From Oceanispirochaeta sp. (lineage in GTDB: Bacteria > Spirochaetota > Spirochaetia > DSM-2461), in the NCBI GenBank assembly GCA_963663385.2, contig CAXXXD010000004.1, forward strand, positions 544,001 through 608,000: DNA of 64,000 nucleotides, in the 5' to 3' direction. The translations under genes were made by a program, and so were the position numbers. Of the stretch, positions 57,634-64,000 are shown in pieces. A model generated the notes under the pieces. The model had not been told where the DNA came from. It did not search any database and saw only the letters and a program-made list of their open reading frames with translations. Position 1 is the stretch's first letter. Each line of letters begins with the position of its first letter.

Positions 57634-59274
57634 TCACATTGATAAGTCCCCTTTCTTCCCGAGATAGTACTCATAATCCCCTTCAAAGGTCTTCATGGCC
57701 CCATGATCAATTTCGAAGACCCGGTTGGCCAGGTGCTTCAGAAAGTACCGGTCATGGCTGACGATGATGACGGTTCCTTCAAACTCCTGCAGGGCTTCCA
57801 GCAGAACTTCCCGGCTGGCGATATCCAGGTGGTTGGTCGGTTCGTCCAGCATCAGGAAGTTGAGGGGCCGGGCCAGGAGGGACGCCAGCATCACCCGGCT
57901 CTTCTCTCCCCCCGAGAGAACGCTTATTTTTTTGTCCGTATCGTCTCCGGAAAACTGGAAGGCCCCCAGCAGGTTCTTGATGGTTCCCATGGATTCACCC
58001 GGCAGGATGGCCGCCAGCTCTTCGTAGATGGTATTCTGCGGATTCAGGGTATCCCCGGAATACTGGCTGAAATACCCGGCGCTCACACTGGCCCCCAGAG
58101 TGCTTTCCCCCTCAGTCGGTTCTGTCTGTTCATTCAGAACCTTCAGCAGGGTGGATTTCCCCGCACCGTTGATTCCTGTCAGGGCTATCTTGTCGCCCCG
58201 TTCCACCACGCCGGTGATCCCGCTGAATACAGGGTGATCCGTTCCATCCTCCTGAGGCCAGGTTTTGGCCAGGTTTTCCATCCTGACGACCACATCGCCG
58301 CTGCGGGGGCAGGGGGGGAATTTAAACTTCATTACTTTGGGGTCCGGCGGAACGACGATCCGTTCCATCTTCTCTATCATCTTGACCCGGGACTGTACCT
58401 GGGCGGCATGGGAGGCCCGGGCGGCAAAGCGGGCAATGAATTCCTCCTCCTTGGCCAGCATGGCCTGCTGCCTTTTCTGAGCGGCGATCAGCTGTTCCCG
58501 GCGGATCTCCCGTTCCCGGAGATAAAAATCATAATCGCCGCTGTAGGTGTTAACAGTCTCTCCGGCGGCCTCTATGGTGCGGCTGCAGATCCGGGTCATA
58601 AACTCCCTGTCATGACTGGTCATCATCAGGGCGCCCTTGAAGGATTTCAGCCACTCTTCCAGCCAGATAATGGATTCCATATCCAGGTGGTTGGTAGGTT
58701 CGTCCATTAAAAGGACATCCGGGTTCAGCAGCAGGATACCCGCCAGGGCAATCCTCATTTTCCAGCCGCCGCTGAAGCTTTCCACGCTGTTTGACTGGCG
58801 GGCTTCGGGGATTCCCAGACCTTCCAGTATGGCTCTGGCGCTGGATTCCAGCTCGTACCCGCCCCGGTTCTGGAATTCGGTCTGGGCTTCGCCGTAACGG
58901 TTCATCATTCTGTCCATGGCTTCGTCGCTCATCCCGGCCATGGCATCCATGTCGGCCATTTTATGTTCTATCTCAGACAGCTCTTCGCCCAGTTCAAAGA
59001 CCTTCCCCGCGCAGGAGAGAACTTCTTCAAGGACTGTGCGGCCGGACATTTCTCCCGTATCCTGGGAGAAGTAGCCTATTACAACCCCCGGATCGATATT
59101 GACTGTTCCCTCGTCGGGGTGTTCTTCTCCTGTAATCAGACGGAACAGGGTTGTCTTGCCCGATCCGTTCGGTCCTACCAGGCCGATCTTGTCCTGGGGC
59201 CTGATCAGAAAGGAGGATTTGCTGAAGAGTATGCGGTCGCCGTAGGCAACGCGGATATCGGACAGATTGACCAT
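57634..59274 (-). CDS. ABC-F family ATP-binding protein
   Basis: Two NBDs (GPNGSGKT, FSGGW, DEPTNHLD; GINGAGKS, LSGGE, DEPTNHLD), no TM. Confidence 0.93.
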   Translation of the reverse strand: MVNLSDIRVAYGDRILFSKSSFLIRPQDKIGLVGPNGSGKTTLFRLITGEEHPDEGTVNIDPGVVIGYFSQDTGEMSGRTVLEEVLSCAGKVFELGEELSEIEHKMADMDAMAGMSDEAMDRMMNRYGEAQTEFQNRGGYELESSARAILEGLGIPEARQSNSVESFSGGWKMRIALAGILLLNPDVLLMDEPTNHLDMESIIWLEEWLKSFKGALMMTSHDREFMTRICSRTIEAAGETVNTYSGDYDFYLREREIRREQLIAAQKRQQAMLAKEEEFIARFAARASHAAQVQSRVKMIEKMERIVVPPDPKVMKFKFPPCPRSGDVVVRMENLAKTWPQEDGTDHPVFSGITGVVERGDKIALTGINGAGKSTLLKVLNEQTEPTEGESTLGASVSAGYFSQYSGDTLNPQNTIYEELAAILPGESMGTIKNLLGAFQFSGDDTDKKISVLSGGEKSRVMLASLLARPLNFLMLDEPTNHLDIASREVLLEALQEFEGTVIIVSHDRYFLKHLANRVFEIDHGAMKTFEGDYEYYLGKKGDLSM

Positions 59275-59399
59275 GGTTTGAAGACTCCTGAATAATGAGA
59301 TGGTTCTGCGGAAGCGGAACCGGGAGGATTTTACTTTAATCTTTATGGTGTGTCAATTTAGGGTTATACCTGTAACAGGTCTCTTTTCCCTGCTGTACA

Positions 59400-59512
59400 G
59401 GGGACGGAGGGATATGGGGGACGGAGGGATATGGGGGACGGAGGGATATGGGGGACGGAGGGATATGGGGGACGGAGGGATATGGGGGACGGAGGGATAT
59501 GGGGGACGGAGG
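59400..59512 (+). repeat. 17-bp tandem repeat (GGGGGACGGAGGGATAT), about 6.6 units
   Basis: Units start at 59400 (16 nt), 59416, 59433, 59450, 59467, 59484; partial unit 59501-59512. Confidence 0.97.
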
Positions 59513-59765
59513 TCGCGAAATTCCGATTTAACCCCTTTCGAACCCGCAAAACTACTAAAAACCGTTATACAAACAGTTTTTTCAGCTGCAGAAAATCATC
59601 CAGGCAGTAAAGAAGGTCATTTATTCAGCATTAATACCCGGAAAAGACTGTTTTTTAAGTGAAATATATGAGTTTTTATCTGATTTCAGAACAGTTCTTA
59701 CCTGTAAAACGATTCTATGTAGAGTTTTCATTAGTTATTAAATAGCAGATTAAAGCTTTTTTGAT

Positions 59766-60257
59766 TTATAATATCAGTTTCAACCACTCATCTGGCGGGT
59801 CCATTACCCTCAGGAACTTTCGTCTCAGCTCATATAGACCGCTATAGATGTAATTCCCGGCATTTTTACACATCCCGGCCTTCACCGGATTATCTGAAAT
59901 ATAGTGAAATGTATTCACAAACTGATCAAAACTGCGAATAATGATGCTTTTAAAACGGTCATACCAGACATGCCCTGTCTTGCCATATATTGAGTTGAAC
60001 CTTCTGGCAAAGCCGCTTAAAATTAGCTGCATGATTCTTGAGAGGTCTGAATCAGGACCAGGCTCCAGGATTAGATGCACATGATTACTCATTATACAAA
60101 AATGAATTAACTTGAAATCATACTTCTTTTTCGCCAGCATCAGTTCTGCAATAAACAGATCTTTCATGGCATCAGAATACAGCATGAATTCCCCTCGATT
60201 TGTTTTGGCCATTACATGGTACCGGGCGCCCGGTATTTTAATTCTTGGTTTACGCAT
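59766..60257 (-). CDS. REP-associated tyrosine transposase (RAYT; Y1_Tnp/IS200-like HUH)
   Basis: MRKPR...GARYHV, MSNHVHL (HUH), GHVWYDRF, catalytic Tyr in YISDNPVKAG. Confidence 0.9.
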   Translation of the reverse strand: MRKPRIKIPGARYHVMAKTNRGEFMLYSDAMKDLFIAELMLAKKKYDFKLIHFCIMSNHVHLILEPGPDSDLSRIMQLILSGFARRFNSIYGKTGHVWYDRFKSIIIRSFDQFVNTFHYISDNPVKAGMCKNAGNYIYSGLYELRRKFLRVMDPPDEWLKLIL

Positions 60258-60300
60258 GTAATTCTCTACAGGGAGAACTTACTTTCTGATTCAAATATCT

Positions 60301-60402
60301 TAATTTTTTTGATAACCTCCGTCCCCTTCTCCCTAATTTTTTTGATAACCTCCGTCCCCTACTCCATGTTCCGTCCCCTTCTCCATGTCCCCTTCTCCAT
60401 GT
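60301..60402 (-). repeat. Nested direct repeats carrying CCTCCGTCCCC (inverse of the left array motif)
   Basis: 27-mer TAATTTTTTTGATAACCTCCGTCCCCT at 60301 and 60334, then shorter TCCGTCCCC (60370) and GTCCCC (60387) copies; the three outer copies are followed by CTCCATGT. Confidence 0.9.
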
Positions 60403-60445
60403 ATTCGGGCCGATATTCCATTTCGAGTCAGTATTGATTATAAAT

Positions 60446-60475
60446 AAAAAAAGTCCGACTTTCGTCGAACTTTTT
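60446..60475 (-). terminator. Rho-independent terminator after tRNA-Cys
   Basis: Minus strand AAAAAGTTCGAC-GAAA-GTCGGACTTTTTTT. Confidence 0.8.
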
Positions 60476-60482
60476 AAGCATT

Positions 60483-60555
60483 AGGCGCCGAGCGGACTCG
60501 AACCGCTGAATGATGGATTTGCAATCCACTCCCTTAGCCGCTTGGGTACGGCGCC
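60483..60555 (-). tRNA. tRNA-Cys (GCA)
   Basis: Reverse complement GGCGCCGTACCCAAGCGGCTAAGGGAGTGGATTGCAAATCCATCATTCAGCGGTTCGAGTCCGCTCGGCGCCT: acceptor stem, GCA anticodon loop, GGTTCGAGTCC T-arm; CCA not encoded. Confidence 0.96.
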
Positions 60556-60677
60556 AATGTGTGAAGAAATATACCAAATGCGGTAATCTTTGTCTAGACC
60601 GGTTCAAAAACATTTTTTTGATGCGGATCAAAGGCATCCCGTTGTCGGATATCCGGGGATATTTTATATTAGGGATT

Positions 60678-62534
60678 ATGACGGAAACAGAACTGATTCA
60701 GATACTGACGGAAGCCAAAGAGGCTTATTATAATACGGATGCTCCCCTGTTGAGCGATGGGGAATTTGACAGGCTGGAAGAGCAGCTCAGGGAACTGAAT
60801 CCCGAAAGCTTCTATTTCTCAATAGTCGGGACGGATACCTCCCAGGGTGGTAAAATCCGTCATGAAGTGCCCATGCTTTCCATGGGGAAAGCCAAGAATA
60901 TGGCCGATGTCCGCAAATGGATCGACAAAGTGAAAATGCCCGAGGATACCAGGTGGACCATTCAGCCTAAAATCGACGGACTGTCGGCCGCCTGTTATTA
61001 CTCCGGAGGAAAGCTGCAGTATGTAGCCACCCGGGGGGACGGCGAGGTCGGGCAGGATGTCACCTCCATTGCCGATTATATTGAAGATATCCCGAAGACC
61101 ATCGCATCCACTGCTGAAGATATAGAAATCAGGGGCGAGCTGTACCTTCCGAAAAACACGGAATACGACACAAAAGGAAAACCTCTCCGTAATAACTGTG
61201 TCGGTCTGATCAATAGAAAGGAAAACCGGGAAGATCTGAAATATGTCCGCTTTGTCTGTTATCAGACCGCCCGTATGAATCCTTCGGACAGTGAAGCAGG
61301 CATTATTGACTGGCTTTCCGGAAGCGGATTCCATACGGTTGAGTATTTTTCTGTCAGTTCGGACGAACAGATCGAAGCTGTCTACAGGGAGTATCTTGAA
61401 AGGAAACGGGATGAATGGCTTTACGAAACCGACGGGCTGATCCTGGCTGTTGATGACAACCGCCTTCATGAAGAGATAGACAGCCGCTGGGTGGTGGACC
61501 ATCACCATCACTATGCCATCGCCATTAAACCGCCCGCAGCCTCCCGGAAAACCCGCCTGAAGGGTGTCGAATGGCAGGTCAGCCGTCAGGGCGCTCTTGT
61601 GCCTGTTGCCGTATTTGAACCGATTCAGCTGGGGGGCGCCACCCTTAACCGGGCTTCATTGCATAACTATGCTTTTGTTCAGTCCATGGGGCTGCAGCTG
61701 GGGGATGAGCTGCTGATAGAACGGGCGAACGATGTTATCCCTTATGTCCGGGAGAACCTTTCCGCCGGAGACCGGGAGGGGGAGCTGTTCTTCTCCGATG
61801 TGTCTCCTGATTTCTGTCCGGTATGCAAGAGTGCGGTAATGGAGGACGGGGTTCATCTCAAGTGTACCAATCCGGTTTGCCCGGAAAAAGAAATTCAGAC
61901 AATTATCTACTGGGTCAAAGAGTCGGGGATGGAACAGGTGGCGGAAGCTACCATCCGGACCCTGTATGAGAAGGGGATTGCCCGGAGTGTAGGAGAATTC
62001 TACAGGGTTTCCCGTGAAAATCTGATGGGTCTGGAAGGTTTCGGCGATAAGAAGATAAATAATTTTCTGGATCAGCTGGAAAAGGTCCGGACGTTAACAG
62101 CTCCGGAAATGATCAGCCGCCTGGGAATCCCTCTGGTTCAGCAGAAGGCTCTGAAAAAACTGGGTATCCAGAGTATGGAGGACTTCCGGAATTTCGATGA
62201 TGAAACCTATGTGATAGGGCAGAACATCATTGCCTGGAAGAAAAAAGAGGAGAACCAGGCGCTTTTGAAGGAGCTGCTGGATGCCGTAGTCTTGCGGGAG
62301 AGCGGCTCCGTCGAGGTCAAAGGGCAGGTCTGTATGACCGGTAAGGGGCCTCTCGGACGGAAAGAACTGCAGAGAATCATTGAAGAGAGGGGGTACGAGT
62401 TCTCCTCTTCCGTAACAAAGACAACGGACATCCTTTTATGTGAAGACCCGGAAGGAACCAGTTCCAAACTGCAGAAGGCACGCAAAAACGGAACGAAGCT
62501 GATGTCTTATCAGGATTTTCTTAATCAGGAATAG
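60678..62534 (+). CDS. ligA: NAD-dependent DNA ligase
   Basis: AYY..SDGEFD, PMLS, KIDG adenylation motif, TRGDG.VG.DVT, EIRGE, DG, RANDVIP, CPVC..C..C zinc finger, BRCT C-terminus. Confidence 0.9.
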   Translation: MTETELIQILTEAKEAYYNTDAPLLSDGEFDRLEEQLRELNPESFYFSIVGTDTSQGGKIRHEVPMLSMGKAKNMADVRKWIDKVKMPEDTRWTIQPKIDGLSAACYYSGGKLQYVATRGDGEVGQDVTSIADYIEDIPKTIASTAEDIEIRGELYLPKNTEYDTKGKPLRNNCVGLINRKENREDLKYVRFVCYQTARMNPSDSEAGIIDWLSGSGFHTVEYFSVSSDEQIEAVYREYLERKRDEWLYETDGLILAVDDNRLHEEIDSRWVVDHHHHYAIAIKPPAASRKTRLKGVEWQVSRQGALVPVAVFEPIQLGGATLNRASLHNYAFVQSMGLQLGDELLIERANDVIPYVRENLSAGDREGELFFSDVSPDFCPVCKSAVMEDGVHLKCTNPVCPEKEIQTIIYWVKESGMEQVAEATIRTLYEKGIARSVGEFYRVSRENLMGLEGFGDKKINNFLDQLEKVRTLTAPEMISRLGIPLVQQKALKKLGIQSMEDFRNFDDETYVIGQNIIAWKKKEENQALLKELLDAVVLRESGSVEVKGQVCMTGKGPLGRKELQRIIEERGYEFSSSVTKTTDILLCEDPEGTSSKLQKARKNGTKLMSYQDFLNQE

Positions 62535-62568
62535 ATTGCTGGCAAATATGTAATCTATAAGGCATTTA

Positions 62569-63807
62569 TCAGATATAATGAGCAGGTATTTGAAGTATCT
62601 TTTCATTCAAAGGCTGGATTTCATCAGCATTATTTATAACTAAACCAAGGGGTAAATTGTTTTCTTCCAGAAATCTGTTTAAAGAAGTCAGTTGCTTGAG
62701 TTTGGTAGTGCTGCCGAATTTTATTTCTATTGGTAGGGTTCCGAATCCTCCCTCCAATATCAGATCTATTTCTGCTCCGTTTCTTGTTCTGTAGTAATAG
62801 TATTCCCATCTTCCCAAATCCAGAGTATTCATCCCCTTTAAAATTTCTTCAGTGATAAATGCTTCAAAACTGAATCCTACCTGTCTGTAACGGAGTAGAT
62901 CCTCCCTGTCTTTTACACCGGCCAGGTAGTGTGCTAAACCACTGTCTCTGAATACTCCCTTGGGCATTTTCACAATAGATTTAGATCTGGATTTTTCATA
63001 GGATGGTATTTTCCTCCAGATAAAAGTAGAATCGGCTATATCAAGATAATCCTTGACCGACGGCTCCGAAATATCCAAAGCCCTGCTGAGAGATGCTTTA
63101 TTAATTATGGTTCCGGAAAGCTGGGAAAGTATATCAATAAATCGCCTGTATTTAAGAGAATCCAGTCTGGGGAACAATTTTCTTATATCTCTTTCTATGT
63201 ATGACTGGAAATAGTTCTCCATCCAGAGCCGATGGAAGACTGGATCATCAGCTAATACTGGTTCGGGGTAACCGCCTGAAAAAAAAGATTTTAGAGTATC
63301 TGATTTATAATTATAAACATGTTTTTTTAAGGAAAGGAATCTGTCTTTTGATATTTCATCATGAAAGAGAGAATAGAATTCCGGTAAAGGTTTTTCTTCT
63401 CTTTCATTTACTTTAAGTGTTGATACCTGGACTATTGCAATACGACCTGCCAGGGAATCTGCTGCTTCTCTCAGAAGGGAGGGGGAACTGGATCCTGTTA
63501 AAATAAAACGATTCTTTCTTGACCGGTCTTTATCGATTACTCCTCTGAGTTCCTTAAAGAGTTGAGGTAATTCCTGAGCTTCATCTAAAATGACGGAATC
63601 ATAAAATTGTGAGAAAAAAAACTGGAAATCTCTGGAAATAAAATCGAAATCCCTATTGTTCTGCAGATCAAAGTATTTCCAGTCAGGACGGCACATTTGG
63701 GCTAAGGTTGTTTTCCCTGTCTGCCTGGCGCCAATAATTAATACAACTGGGAAATAACCCAGGTTTTTATTGATCATCTCTTCAGAATTTCGTTTTATAC
63801 CATGCAT
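62569..63807 (-). CDS. AAA+ ATPase with a C-terminal DUF4143-like (PD-(D/E)XK-like) domain
   Basis: GARQTGKTT, ILDEAQ, LTGSS, SLAGR, GGYPE, YYRT..GAEIDL...PIEIK; visibly AT-rich. Confidence 0.87.
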   Translation of the reverse strand: MHGIKRNSEEMINKNLGYFPVVLIIGARQTGKTTLAQMCRPDWKYFDLQNNRDFDFISRDFQFFFSQFYDSVILDEAQELPQLFKELRGVIDKDRSRKNRFILTGSSSPSLLREAADSLAGRIAIVQVSTLKVNEREEKPLPEFYSLFHDEISKDRFLSLKKHVYNYKSDTLKSFFSGGYPEPVLADDPVFHRLWMENYFQSYIERDIRKLFPRLDSLKYRRFIDILSQLSGTIINKASLSRALDISEPSVKDYLDIADSTFIWRKIPSYEKSRSKSIVKMPKGVFRDSGLAHYLAGVKDREDLLRYRQVGFSFEAFITEEILKGMNTLDLGRWEYYYYRTRNGAEIDLILEGGFGTLPIEIKFGSTTKLKQLTSLNRFLEENNLPLGLVINNADEIQPLNEKILQIPAHYI

Positions 63808-64000
63808 ATCTTAATTATACTCTTAGAATTTACTGGTGTAAAGACTGTTGCTTTGAATTGATGTCTAATCTTATCAGCCAAAGAAATACGAGATATTACT
63901 GAGAGACCCTCTTAGGATCTACTGATGCAGAGATGGCTATTTATGGTTGGAAGTGCTCAAAATGTTTATAAATCGTGCTGGATGATCCCTGCGATCCTTT

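Larger units (their letters stand above)
59400..60402 (-). mobile_element. RAYT/Y1-transposase locus bounded by inverted GGGGACGGAGG motif arrays
   Basis: GGGGACGGAGGT on + at the left (59502) and ACCTCCGTCCCC at the right (60315, 60348) flank an AT-rich transposase gene. Confidence 0.7.

Noticed and set aside
59400..59512. CRISPR array
   Set aside because: Units are identical 17-mers with no unique spacers, and there are no cas genes in the window.
59300..59662. ORFs 59300..59662 (+) and 59364..59549 (-)
   Set aside because: Their repetitive peptides are translations of the stop-free tandem repeat; no recognisable protein features.
60483..60555. Prophage/ICE integrated at tRNA-Cys
   Set aside because: No integrase, and I saw no duplicated tRNA 3' end in the window; the tRNA terminator is intact.
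60510..60677. N-terminal extension of ligA in the ORF track
   Set aside because: It overlaps tRNA-Cys; ligase similarity begins at ATG 60678.
63808..64000. Gene at the right edge
   Set aside because: All three minus-strand frames stop within about 65 nt of the edge and nothing is recognisable; it cannot be called from this window.

Overview
A 64-kb chromosomal segment from a free-living anaerobic spirochaete (Spirochaetaceae-like). The assignment is inferred from an FlcA-type flagellar collar gene and a spirochaete-style 'AAGQQD' binding-protein N-terminus. The window is mostly housekeeping and metabolic: a PLP trans-sulfuration enzyme with a GH38 mannosidase, typA, an aminotransferase, ArsR plus a Zn/Cd P1B ATPase, two MATE pumps, a PAS-GGDEF-EAL protein, glgP, iorAB-paaK-paaK-ACT-thioesterase, ilvE, a mannose-1-P guanylyltransferase, a sugar ABC/URO-D-family/YesMN locus, an ABC-F protein, tRNA-Cys and ligA. 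The most unusual structure is at 59.4-60.4 kb: a RAYT/Y1 HUH transposase bracketed by inverted arrays of a GGGGACGGAGG motif. The left array is a near-perfect G-rich 17-bp tandem repeat, and the right array is a ladder of progressively truncated copies. Other items of note: an EIIA-PII-like fusion beside an antiporter, an APC permease-EIIA fusion, an unknown domain fused to HU, a stand-alone MshEN-like microprotein, a Cys-rich hybrid kinase with a pseudo-receiver, an output-less Cache protein, MepR-like and SmtB-like operators, and two kinds of intergenic hairpin repeat. All family calls are from motif recognition by eye; no searches were run.
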